From a virus, in the IMG/VR virus record IMGVR_UViG_3300011240_000001, positions 1-41,647 of that record: 41,647 bases of DNA; one strand, written 5' to 3'. Below the pieces are notes generated by a model. The model saw only the letters and a list, made by a program, of their open reading frames with translations. It was not told the origin of the DNA and made no database searches. The position numbers and the translations under genes were made by a program. Positions 16,382 through 24,881 of this stretch are shown piece after piece. How positions within the stretch are numbered: position 1 is the stretch's first letter; the number at the start of each line of letters is the position of its first letter.

Positions 16382-16825
16382 TTAAAGCAAATTATTGGTG
16401 TTTGTAATAGCTAGCTTTACACCATAACTACCCTCACCATCATCGTCAAGCCAACCGCCATCGATAACTGCTGGAACTGTTTTATTTATTACTCTTCCAG
16501 CTAATTTAGCTACCTCAACCTTACTTATATAACCAACGATCAAGCCATTAATCTCAACTTTAATTGCATTTTTGTCATATTGGTTAAATGGATCTGATGA
16601 AACTTTTGCATAACATTCAAAAAACTTTGATTCTTCCTCTTTTGGTCCTGCTATTTTTTTTAAATTATTTTGATATGCTTGCTCACCCACAATGTTGTAC
16701 GCGTATGAAATGTTGTTTGGGTTTGGATTTATACTTGTTTCACTTGCTGCCTTTTTAGCTTTCAAAACATACCAAATAATCACACCAACAATTACTGCTA
16801 TTACTATTTCCACACCCCACCCCAA
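16382..16825 (-). CDS. Membrane-anchored HIRAN-domain protein
   Basis: N-terminal TM helix VEIVIAVIVGVIIWYVL. The segment VGEQAY...DPFNQYDKNAIKVEINGLIVGYISK matches the HIRAN core (compare human HLTF NPYDKNAIKV). The frame has no ATG, so the start is TTG 16825 or GTG 16813. Confidence 0.75.
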   Translation of the reverse strand: MGWGVEIVIAVIVGVIIWYVLKAKKAASETSINPNPNNISYAYNIVGEQAYQNNLKKIAGPKEEESKFFECYAKVSSDPFNQYDKNAIKVEINGLIVGYISKVEVAKLAGRVINKTVPAVIDGGWLDDDGEGSYGVKLAITNTNNLL

Positions 16826-16877
16826 ATATTTGTTATTCAGGACAAGATACTAATTATTAGGTGAAAAAGAAACCAAG

Positions 16878-17518
16878 CTAACCTGATTTCTTCTTAATAG
16901 CCTGCATGCGCTGCTCTTCAAAGGACATTTCTGGTTCATCCTCGTGAGGCATGTAATCATACGGATTGACTTCAACCTCTGGCCCAACATTATGTTGTCT
17001 ATATTGAGCCATTAAAGCCCCGATACTTTGCTCAATCCTACGCCCTGTGAAAAATGAGCCGCGCTTATTTCTAAGAGCAGCCCATTTCGAAACTTCAGCA
17101 TTAGTCATATTTAACTTGGCTTCAGCAATCGTGCGACCACCAACCCCATTCAAAACCAGTTCACACCAGAATTCATCATCCAGTGTTAGTCTGACTTTCC
17201 CTCTTCATCTAGAGGCGCTTTTTCAATACCAAGAATCGCATTGAAAATTGCCGAAGCCAGTGATTGAGTGAAGTTGGCTGCAACTTGTTTTTTGGTTAAA
17301 TAAGCCTTGCCGTTTTCATCAACCAAAGCAGCAGAAATCCATTCAGCAACCACATCTTCCCCTTTATTCAAGCGAGTAAATAGTGGCTCTGTCACAGCAT
17401 AAGGCAATTGTTTGATAGAGATTTCGACAGTTTCTTTTTTGCCGAAATGCTTAAATTCAACAGTCTTGTTATGGGTTTCACTTACAAGTGAGCCTTGAAT
17501 GATTTCATTTAACTTCAC
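16878..17518 (-). CDS. Tail assembly chaperone frameshift product (GT analogue)
   Basis: The -1 frame is open from 17204 to 16878. The only candidate start in that frame is TTG, which fits expression by frameshifting. Confidence 0.8.
17186..17518 (-). CDS. Tail assembly chaperone (lambda G analogue)
   Basis: Located between the major tail protein and tape measure genes. It ends with a slippery site and an overlapping -1 frame. Confidence 0.85.
   Translation of the reverse strand: MKLNEIIQGSLVSETHNKTVEFKHFGKKETVEISIKQLPYAVTEPLFTRLNKGEDVVAEWISAALVDENGKAYLTKKQVAANFTQSLASAIFNAILGIEKAPLDEEGKSD
17195..17201 (-). promoter_or_regulatory. Programmed -1 ribosomal frameshift heptamer G GGA AAG
   Basis: Minus-strand GGGAAAG in X XXY YYZ register, five codons before the G stop. 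It is the same heptamer as the lambda G/GT site. Confidence 0.85.
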
Positions 17519-17997
17519 GGAGCCACCACCTTAAATTCATCAGTTACTTCAGTTTGGCGTTTCATTGGAATGGTGTGATTTACCAGCGCATCAGCATCAA
17601 ATACCGGTGAGCCTTTGCGCAGAATTGCACGGAAAGATGACCATGTGCGATCTTCTGGGAGTGTCACGGTATTTCCGGAAACTGTTGGTACAGCATCGCC
17701 ATCAGACCAGCCTACATACACGCCCACTTCCGCACGCTCAGCCGCAAGCTGCAATAAAGTCATGTGAGTTGCGTTTTTGGGATCAGTATCAATCTGGATT
17801 GAACCTTCACCCGGTGTAGTTAAACCCCAATCCGAAGTTGCTGTGGTTTCTTCTTCCAGACAGGTTGTATTGATTTCTGTGGTACTGTCATCGCCAAGCA
17901 CTAGAGCTTTGATGCAGTTCATTTTTGTTAATGTTGGAGTATCGCCATGTAAAATCCATACATGCGTACCCTGAGATAAAACACCTTTCTTCGCCAT
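17515..17997 (-). CDS. Major tail (tube) protein
   Basis: 160 aa, directly upstream of the G/GT chaperone with an ATGA-type overlap. A terminator and strong SD context are present. Confidence 0.75.
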   Translation of the reverse strand: MAKKGVLSQGTHVWILHGDTPTLTKMNCIKALVLGDDSTTEINTTCLEEETTATSDWGLTTPGEGSIQIDTDPKNATHMTLLQLAAERAEVGVYVGWSDGDAVPTVSGNTVTLPEDRTWSSFRAILRKGSPVFDADALVNHTIPMKRQTEVTDEFKVVAP

Positions 17998-18024
17998 GAG
18001 TAGCTACTCCTCAATTTTAGGCAT

Positions 18025-18047
18025 AAAAAAAGCCACCGAGTGGTGGC
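18025..18047 (-). terminator. Rho-independent terminator downstream of the Rha cassette
   Basis: Minus-strand GCCACC-ACUC-GGUGGC followed by UUUUUUU. Confidence 0.8.
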
Positions 18048-18068
18048 ATTGGTTTGGAAATAATTTGG

Positions 18069-18578
18069 TTATTCAAATAGACATGGCTGCATAAGTCGCT
18101 CGACTTCCGTGATTGCAGTCATTAATAAATCTCGTTTCTTGCGATAGCTTCCTAAAACACTACCTGCAAGGCTTGCATCTGATTTCGCCAGATCAAGCTG
18201 AAGTGATAATTTGTTGTGAATATTGTTATAGCTTTGATCTTGTGAGCGAATGAATTCTCGCGTTTCAAAGAATGCTTTCACCAAAGCCTTCTTAAACTCA
18301 ATTACTCGCGGGCTGTTTCGCATGAGCGTCATTAGGAAAGTGGCTTGTTGTTCATTTAATGGGACAAATTTACGCTCTTGAGTACCACCATTTGTCTCAA
18401 AGGATTGGATTTTAAATCTAACCCTTCCAAATTCTTGGAAGTCAGGCATGTAAGTTCTAACCAACTTAATAACTGTTGCATGCTGGATACCTAAGCCAAG
18501 CGCTATCTGCAAAGTGGTCGTCATGGGTTCGCCATTTTCGACTTTAACAATTGCGATTGGTTTTAACATAGCATTCAT
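18069..18578 (-). CDS. Rha-family phage regulatory protein (moron within the tail module)
   Basis: TTLQIALGLGIQHATVIKLVR fits the Phage_pRha N-terminal pattern. AAGGAGT lies 7 nt before ATG 18578. The gene is flanked by terminators. Confidence 0.75.
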   Translation of the reverse strand: MNAMLKPIAIVKVENGEPMTTTLQIALGLGIQHATVIKLVRTYMPDFQEFGRVRFKIQSFETNGGTQERKFVPLNEQQATFLMTLMRNSPRVIEFKKALVKAFFETREFIRSQDQSYNNIHNKLSLQLDLAKSDASLAGSVLGSYRKKRDLLMTAITEVERLMQPCLFE

Positions 18579-18640
18579 AATTAACTCCTTTTGAGTTGTG
18601 ATGAGCCTGAATGCTGAACGCATATAAAACACTCAGGCAT

Positions 18641-18663
18641 AAAAAAAGCACCCGTTTGGGTGC
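18641..18663 (-). terminator. Rho-independent terminator upstream of the Rha cassette
   Basis: Minus-strand GCACCC-AAAC-GGGUGC followed by UUUUUUU. Confidence 0.8.
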
Positions 18664-18682
18664 CATGTGTAAAGCTTAAAAA

Positions 18683-19054
18683 TTATCGATCCAAAAACCA
18701 ATTCGCATCAAAGCCGCGTCCGAAAATGTTGGTGTCAGCTATACGCTCAAAATGGTTTGGGTGAATGTTGGTGACATAACAGTGTGGCTCTAAAGCCTTA
18801 CGAATTGCTTCTCGAATCTCTGACGCTCTTTTCTGTTGAGTGTCATAAACCACAATCTGGAATGACACATGATCAGTGTTTGGCGGGCAATCTAAATTGT
18901 TTTCAGGATTTGCCGTGACTACCGACCAGACTGCATAAGGGTATGCTGTGCCACTTGGCGCAATATCTTCCCAGACTTTTAAAGGATTGGTACCGAGCAA
19001 TGCCGTGACTTCAGGGCTGGCTTTCAATGCCGGAACTACAGGTAAAATGTTCAT
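18683..19054 (-). CDS. Tail completion / tail terminator-like protein (DUF3168-type)
   Basis: AYPYAVWSVV and the size and position after the gp10-like gene fit this family. Confidence 0.6.
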   Translation of the reverse strand: MNILPVVPALKASPEVTALLGTNPLKVWEDIAPSGTAYPYAVWSVVTANPENNLDCPPNTDHVSFQIVVYDTQQKRASEIREAIRKALEPHCYVTNIHPNHFERIADTNIFGRGFDANWFLDR

Positions 19055-19509
19055 AATTTTGCGAGTTCCTTGTCGATTTCTTTATTGAAGTTTTCAGCAA
19101 AGCTATTGGTTACGGCTTGGATGTTGTTTTGTAAGGCTGGGCGCATGAATGGAGTACCTGGACCATAGATCGTGGGGTACTCTTTAAAGCGCCAATGTCT
19201 AGTGTCACCACCTGGTGTGTTAGGTGGATTTGGATTAGAGAATGACGCACCACCACGCACACCGACACGCATCACCACTTCGCTTGGATTTCGGGTTTTA
19301 CCGGCAGCAATCGCAATATTTTTCCAGATCTTTTCGGCTGTTTCAGGATCATCCAGAGCCTTTGCATTGGCTCTTGCCGCATCACGGACAATCGCCATAG
19401 CTTTACGAGCTGAACGTCGAGCAGCATTTTTGATTAAGCGAGGATTGCCAAGTCTTTTAAGTTTCTCTTGAACTGACTCCAAGCCTTCAATCTTTACTTC
19501 TACTGACAT
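19051..19509 (-). CDS. HK97 gp10-family head-tail joining protein
   Basis: The N-terminus VKIEGLESVQEKLKRLG..AARRSARKA is typical of the HK97 gp10-like family. Confidence 0.7.
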   Translation of the reverse strand: MSVEVKIEGLESVQEKLKRLGNPRLIKNAARRSARKAMAIVRDAARANAKALDDPETAEKIWKNIAIAAGKTRNPSEVVMRVGVRGGASFSNPNPPNTPGGDTRHWRFKEYPTIYGPGTPFMRPALQNNIQAVTNSFAENFNKEIDKELAKL

Positions 19510-19512
19510 GGC

Positions 19513-19842
19513 TTACCCCACTAATGACAACTCCAATGTCATGTAAATACGACCGTTCTCATTGTCTGGTTTAGGTGGTGAAACGATCTGAAAGGTCTGA
19601 CCATCAAATAAAACGCGCATGCCTGAATCAATATCATCACGCTTGCGCAGTTTTAGCCGAGCTGTGGTTTCTGATCCGGCGGCTTTCGCTGTTAGAGAAT
19701 CTTTTACTGAAAGGAATTCAATTTTCGACCAAAGCTTTTTGTATTCAATCCAAGCTTCGGTTTCATAGTTGTATTCATCATAGGTCGTGGTTTTATGCTG
19801 AATCGTCACACGGTGGCATAGTTCGCCGGCACGTTGGGCCAT
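19513..19842 (-). CDS. Head closure / head-tail adaptor protein
   Basis: The pattern RVTIQ...W..LWSKIE...RLKLR..DI....RVLFDGQTFQIVS is typical of the head-tail joining family. Confidence 0.7.
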   Translation of the reverse strand: MAQRAGELCHRVTIQHKTTTYDEYNYETEAWIEYKKLWSKIEFLSVKDSLTAKAAGSETTARLKLRKRDDIDSGMRVLFDGQTFQIVSPPKPDNENGRIYMTLELSLVG

Positions 19843-19850
19843 ACAACCTC

Positions 19851-20141
19851 CTAAATCGCTGTAGGCTTGCGATATGGATAAAGCAGGCTCTGCACCGGCA
19901 TCGGCAGAAAGTTGCCATTCACCGGCATTTCCTGCTCAGCATTGCGGTACTGGTCCCAATATCCACACAGCAATAAAATTGCCTGATGAATCGCTTTAGG
20001 GTAATCAGGTCCAAGTTCATCAGTGATGTAACTCAACACCACCGAATCTGCTGCATCCAAATAACCCTGAAGCATCGTGTCATTTGAATCATCGTCATAG
20101 CGCAAATGCTCCTTTAGGGTCTCAAGACTCACAATACTCAT
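19851..20141 (-). CDS. gp6-like head-tail connector protein
   Basis: LETLKEHLRYDDDSNDTMLQGYLDAA is the usual N-terminus of this family. ATGA overlap with the portal gene. Confidence 0.7.
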   Translation of the reverse strand: MSIVSLETLKEHLRYDDDSNDTMLQGYLDAADSVVLSYITDELGPDYPKAIHQAILLLCGYWDQYRNAEQEMPVNGNFLPMPVQSLLYPYRKPTAI

Positions 20142-21577
20142 TCTTCACCCCATTTTTTCTGCGCTAATTTGAAGTTTTCATGGCTAAACTCGCCTGAATG
20201 ATCCTTTTCACAGTGCCATAACGAGCCCTTATGCGTCACAAACTGGCCTGATTTATACTGGTTTTCAGCCTTAAAAATGCCTTGATATTGGCCTTTTTGG
20301 TCTGAATTTTCGGTATTTTGCGGTGTATTTGGTGTGGATTTTCCGAAAGGATCATCTTTCTGGTCACGCTTAGACAGCGCCTCAAGAGAATAGTTCTGCT
20401 GTTGCATGTAAACCGTGTCACCACCAACCAAAGGCTCTAAATTGAACTGCTGACGCGCTTCATTTGGAGTGAAGATTGAAGCCTTAACACCGCGCTCCTG
20501 AATACCCATTTTTGTTTCTTTATCCATACGGAGTAGAGAATCAACATTAAGGAATATTTCAAGGCCGCGTGCTTTTAAATCAAATGCATCATCAAGCAAG
20601 TTTTCAATAGCCTCTACAGGACTTTGAAGACAGTCAGAGAAATAGATTTCATTCAGATCGCCAACCTTCTGACCCGCAGGAATCGTTCCATAGCCCACCT
20701 TAAAGGCTGGCACATGCAACACTGAGCAAATAATCTGATTCGTCATTTCCAGCTGTTCAATAGTCTGAGTGTCTGAAGCTGTCATGCTGATTGGCTGATA
20801 CTTCAAATCATCACCCAGTACCGCAGTTTTACCGATGTTTTGGCCTGTGTAATTCGCATTCCATGCCGCACCGATGGCGCGAGCTTTATCTTCTGAAATA
20901 GCACCAGGAGCAACCAAAATACCGCTTGGTCGGCTCATGTTCCCAAAAGAGGTTTTAGAATTTTTCAGAATGTTTAAGCCAAGTCCTGCTGAAATTCCAT
21001 ACGCAGTGATGGCAGGAATGCCAACCAATGGATGGTAAAGGCAGTTTTCACGATCATGGATAATCTCAGAGGCCGGAACAACAACGGATTCTGTCCCATT
21101 CAGCCGATCAACTCCCAGCTGGTAAAATACTTGACCATCATCACTGATCAACGGCTTTGTCTGATCTGGATTCAAAATAACAATTTTAACTACCTGTCCA
21201 AATACATCACGCACCTTAAATCCGTATGCATTACCGCGTAATTTTCGGCAGACCATCCAGAACTCTAAAAACTGCTGCCAGTTTTGGTAATGGTTTGGAC
21301 GTTTAAGAACAACCAAGTCATCAGGAATGGGGGCATCAACTAAAATTCCGCCTTTCTGCTTTTTAAGCAAAACACCCATTTTTCCAATATCTTGAGAGAT
21401 CAGGGAAATACATGAGAAAACTGCAGGATGTGCTGCCAGATCCTCCCGGGTCAGCTCATCGTTCTTTTGCCAAGCACCAGAATAAGGCTCGTGTACAAAT
21501 AAAGAAGTCCACCCTTGGTTTGAATGGACTCCTTGGAGGGATTTCTTTTTGCCAAATAAATTTCCGAAAAAGCCCAT
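20138..21577 (-). CDS. Portal protein (HK97 family) with a C-terminal extension
   Basis: 479 aa with portal-like conserved segments (RPSGILVAPG, LEMTNQIICSVLHVP, GGDTVYMQQQN). It has an extra ~55-aa tail with an aromatic/Gly pattern. Confidence 0.85.
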   Translation of the reverse strand: MGFFGNLFGKKKSLQGVHSNQGWTSLFVHEPYSGAWQKNDELTREDLAAHPAVFSCISLISQDIGKMGVLLKKQKGGILVDAPIPDDLVVLKRPNHYQNWQQFLEFWMVCRKLRGNAYGFKVRDVFGQVVKIVILNPDQTKPLISDDGQVFYQLGVDRLNGTESVVVPASEIIHDRENCLYHPLVGIPAITAYGISAGLGLNILKNSKTSFGNMSRPSGILVAPGAISEDKARAIGAAWNANYTGQNIGKTAVLGDDLKYQPISMTASDTQTIEQLEMTNQIICSVLHVPAFKVGYGTIPAGQKVGDLNEIYFSDCLQSPVEAIENLLDDAFDLKARGLEIFLNVDSLLRMDKETKMGIQERGVKASIFTPNEARQQFNLEPLVGGDTVYMQQQNYSLEALSKRDQKDDPFGKSTPNTPQNTENSDQKGQYQGIFKAENQYKSGQFVTHKGSLWHCEKDHSGEFSHENFKLAQKKWGEE

Positions 21578-21587
21578 TCTTTACATC

Positions 21588-21755
21588 CTATTCTTTGGTT
21601 TTATCTTCTTTTTTCGCTTTTGGTGCTGCCTTTTTAGGCTCAACATAGGCCTCTGCAACACCAATTTTGAGCAGTACATTTGCCTGAAAATCAGGAATTT
21701 CTTTTACATCCCCGACATTGGAATCGTGGGTCATCTTTAAATATTTAATCTTCAT
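21588..21755 (-). CDS. Small hypothetical protein (55 aa), not in the ORF track
   Basis: ATG 21755 is preceded by AGGA. It translates as MKIKYLKMTHDSNVGDVKEIPDFQANVLLKIGVAEAYVEPKKAAPKAKKEDKTKE and fills the capsid-portal gap. Confidence 0.45.
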   Translation of the reverse strand: MKIKYLKMTHDSNVGDVKEIPDFQANVLLKIGVAEAYVEPKKAAPKAKKEDKTKE

Positions 21756-21795
21756 AGACTGTTCCTATAGCTAAACAATTGTGATGCTTAGATAT

Positions 21796-21825
21796 AAAAA
21801 CAGCCCCGACTAAGGAGCTGTTTTT
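21796..21825 (-). terminator. Rho-independent terminator after the major capsid gene
   Basis: Minus-strand CAGCUCC-UUAGUC-GGGGCUG (one G-U pair) followed by UUUUU. Confidence 0.7.
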
Positions 21826-21838
21826 GGGCATTTAAAGA

Positions 21839-23170
21839 TTACGGTGTGCTGTAATCAAGGAATGCCGCTGCGATCGGACGACGTTTTGCCCAAGTGATGA
21901 ATTTCTCAACACGTACAGCAAATTTGTTTTCTTGCCATAAGTGATGAGTCGTACCACCATCAACCAAGGTTGCTTGATCAGAGTAAGACACATCCACACC
22001 GCCATCCTGGGCAAGCAGGATTTCAGAAGTTTTCACAAGAATGATCTTGTCGCCGACTGTTTGTGATGTGATTACCGGAATACCCATCAATGTACGAGTA
22101 CCGCGAAGTGCCATGCCTTGGAAGTAGGTATTTCCTAGCGCATCACGAAGCAAGCTGATTTGAGCCGCGCGTGTTTCCGACATTACGAAGTATGAGCCAT
22201 CCAATGAAAGGTTGGCCGTCACAAAGCTATTCACTAGAGCCAGTAAATCAGCTTCATAATCTGCTGCTGTAGTGCCTGTATTTGGAGTGGCTGTTACCCC
22301 ATTTAAAACACCCGCAGGACGAACCGCAGTAGCAGCACCAGCATCAAGGAACGTGTTATCGATTAAAGTTTTTGATGCTTCAATCAAATCATCACGAACC
22401 AAAATATCTACAGCTGGATCAGAGCGGCGCATTAATTCCTGTGTATAGACAGTAATCGCAGCAAGCTTGTGCTCTTTGATTTCCACTTCACCATAGGTTG
22501 GGTTTGTTAATGGCTTTGGAGCACCTTCACCTACCCATGAAGCGGTACCGCCGGTTAACTGGCTTGGGATTTTCGAGTTGAACGGCACATTACGGAAACC
22601 TGTAAGTTGATCAAATACAGTTGCAGCGCGAAGCATGTCAACAAATTCACCAACTAAGCGGTTTTCAGTAACCAGTGATGCTGCAAATCCGGCATCGGTA
22701 GTGGTACCCAAGGTTGCCTTTGTCACAAGGTCCTGAACCTCGTCACCAAAGCCGCGCTCTTTCGCAATATCAAGTGCGGACTTATAGTTACCTTCTTTGG
22801 CCGCTAACTGTGACAAAATTTTTGCTCGGGCGTATTGAGCAAAACCGACACCTTTAGCGAGAGGCATGATTTCAACTTTGGTTTTTTTACCAGGGTCTGG
22901 ATCACCTTCAGCTGATTTTTTTGCACCTTCTTCGCTTTGACCATCAACAGGAGTTGCAGTTTTTGCAGCAGCTTCAGCAGCAGCGATTTGTTTTTTAACG
23001 CGAGCAATATTCTTTTCAATTTGCTCAATTTCGGCTTCAACTGCTTGAATAGACTTTTCAGCTTCTTCATCCGGTGTTTGTCCAGCATCTAAAGATTTGG
23101 TCATGTGACCTTGAAGCTCTAAGTTTTTAGCAGCAAGAGCATCAAGCAATTGTTTTAAATATTTGTTCAT
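21839..23170 (-). CDS. Major capsid protein, HK97 fold, with an N-terminal delta (scaffold-like) domain
   Basis: 443 aa. The first ~100 aa are coiled-coil and rich in A/E/K. The body has typical HK97-family segments. ATGA overlap with the protease gene. Confidence 0.9.
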   Translation of the reverse strand: MNKYLKQLLDALAAKNLELQGHMTKSLDAGQTPDEEAEKSIQAVEAEIEQIEKNIARVKKQIAAAEAAAKTATPVDGQSEEGAKKSAEGDPDPGKKTKVEIMPLAKGVGFAQYARAKILSQLAAKEGNYKSALDIAKERGFGDEVQDLVTKATLGTTTDAGFAASLVTENRLVGEFVDMLRAATVFDQLTGFRNVPFNSKIPSQLTGGTASWVGEGAPKPLTNPTYGEVEIKEHKLAAITVYTQELMRRSDPAVDILVRDDLIEASKTLIDNTFLDAGAATAVRPAGVLNGVTATPNTGTTAADYEADLLALVNSFVTANLSLDGSYFVMSETRAAQISLLRDALGNTYFQGMALRGTRTLMGIPVITSQTVGDKIILVKTSEILLAQDGGVDVSYSDQATLVDGGTTHHLWQENKFAVRVEKFITWAKRRPIAAAFLDYSTP

Positions 23171-23760
23171 ACTAATTTCACTCCACCCTTTGTTGGGCTA
23201 TTAAGTTTTACGACAACGTGTTTTTGTTCAGGTGAAGCGCCACCTGGAACGTCTTGAGGTTTTTTGCCCAACGCGGCTTTGTGTTCCTCAAATGCTTTGG
23301 TGTAATCAATTTGACTTTCTCGATTACATGGAACAGTCACAAGGCTCAGTTCGTACCATTCCCATTTCTTAAATTTCACCCCACCACCAGGCAGCATCTC
23401 CGCTTCATCCCAATCAGGAATAAAACCAATAGACATACCCTTAATGAGTTTGTATTTGATGCTATGCAGTGCCTTATCAACGATCTTCTTAACTTCACCC
23501 TCTTCAACTACTTTCGGTAACTGGCACTTCACACGGATTTGATTAGGTGAAATTACTGCGACCTGAACTTCACCACACGGCTCTTCTAGCTTGTGATGTA
23601 GGCACAGTGGTACTGGCAGTGTATAGACCGCGCCCTCTGGCACCACAATGTCCTTAACTCGGTCTGAATTGATTGTTGTTGCAACGCCTGTAAATGTCCG
23701 ATTTTCTTCGTCAAATTCTTCAAGCTCGAAATTTTCAAACGCCTTTCTAAGAATAGACAT
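23167..23760 (-). CDS. Prohead maturation protease (HK97 family)
   Basis: RTFTGVATT..DRVKDIV and GMSIGF are typical of HK97-type prohead proteases. GGAGAG SD lies before ATG 23760. Confidence 0.85.
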   Translation of the reverse strand: MSILRKAFENFELEEFDEENRTFTGVATTINSDRVKDIVVPEGAVYTLPVPLCLHHKLEEPCGEVQVAVISPNQIRVKCQLPKVVEEGEVKKIVDKALHSIKYKLIKGMSIGFIPDWDEAEMLPGGGVKFKKWEWYELSLVTVPCNRESQIDYTKAFEEHKAALGKKPQDVPGGASPEQKHVVVKLNSPTKGGVKLV

Positions 23761-23773
23761 AAGGCTCTCCCAA

Positions 23774-23800
23774 TAAAAAAAGCCCGCGTAATGCGAGCTT
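23774..23800 (-). terminator. Rho-independent terminator after the endonuclease-like gene
   Basis: Minus-strand GCUCGC-AUUAC-GCGGGC (one G-U pair) followed by UUUUUUU. Confidence 0.7.
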
Positions 23801-23815
23801 TGGAAAGTGAATAAA

Positions 23816-24775
23816 TTATGCAATTAACTGCAATTGATTTGTTTTATTAAACCTATCAAGCAACATATAGACCTCTTTGGGAATTTCTGAGAAGCATTCA
23901 GTATGCCCATCAAATTCTACCTTAGGTTTGTATTTGAATTTTCTAAGCAATCTATGTACTTGCTTTTCCATATCCCAGATAAAGCCTGCATTCGATCTAA
24001 TTAGCTCAACTTCTTCAATATTGTAAGGTGTATTGGAACCCCTGAATCGATGTGAGGTTGTATGGTTGCTTATGCCCACCTTGTAAAAGACCTCGTTATC
24101 TTTCGAGAGTCTTACAATGTAAAGATTGGAGTTGCCATCATGGTAAGTTGTGGAAAGCTTAATAAAGTCGCTTCTTCTCCATCCAGATAATTGTTTGCCA
24201 CATTTTAAACATCCGCTTTTTAGGTGATTCGCTGCTTTTTGCTTAAAAACCCCATGCTCAGGACAAATAATAATTAACTCATCTCTATTTGTTCTGTATT
24301 TGGCAAGGCTGTAATTATACTTATCACCATGTTTATCAAAACACTTTTTAAAAAACTGATCAGCGTGGGTTCTTTTTTTCTGACCTGTAGCCTTTTTAGC
24401 GCATTTAAAACAACCTTTTCCAGCCTTGTGATCAGAGATAGCTTGATCAAAAACACCATGCTCAGAGCATTCTATAGAGATCTTATCTTTGTTATTTTTG
24501 TAAGAGGTAAAAGGATACTGATATTTCCCCCCATGAACCGCACTTAAAATAACCTTTAGCTCATCTACTGGGATTTTTATATTCTTTGCACATTTTGGGC
24601 AGCCAGAACCACCGTAATGAACATTTGCCTGTTGTTGAAAAGCGCCATGTTCGGGACATATGATGTCAACCTTATCTGTAGCTGTTCCAATAACAGTATT
24701 TGAGTAATCGTATTTCGTGCCGTGAATCAACTTTGCTTTACTTAAAAAATCTTCTAATGTTAGTTTTTTAGACAT
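23816..24775 (-). CDS. Free-standing homing-endonuclease-like protein: three tandem zinc-ribbon repeats plus a GIY-YIG/T5orf172-type nuclease domain
   Basis: The unit HG.KY.Y......I.CPEHG.F.Q....H..G.GC.KC is repeated three times. The C-terminus carries LYIVRL..FYKVGIS..RF...E...FDGHTECF. The gene is visibly AT-rich. Confidence 0.65.
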   Translation of the reverse strand: MSKKLTLEDFLSKAKLIHGTKYDYSNTVIGTATDKVDIICPEHGAFQQQANVHYGGSGCPKCAKNIKIPVDELKVILSAVHGGKYQYPFTSYKNNKDKISIECSEHGVFDQAISDHKAGKGCFKCAKKATGQKKRTHADQFFKKCFDKHGDKYNYSLAKYRTNRDELIIICPEHGVFKQKAANHLKSGCLKCGKQLSGWRRSDFIKLSTTYHDGNSNLYIVRLSKDNEVFYKVGISNHTTSHRFRGSNTPYNIEEVELIRSNAGFIWDMEKQVHRLLRKFKYKPKVEFDGHTECFSEIPKEVYMLLDRFNKTNQLQLIA

Positions 24776-24881
24776 TTTGATACCTCTATCAAAATCACCT
24801 AATGAGGATTGATAGAAGGGGGTCAGGTTAACCCCTTTTCAAACCGTCGCTCTATCTATCTATTTAATTATAAACCAATTT

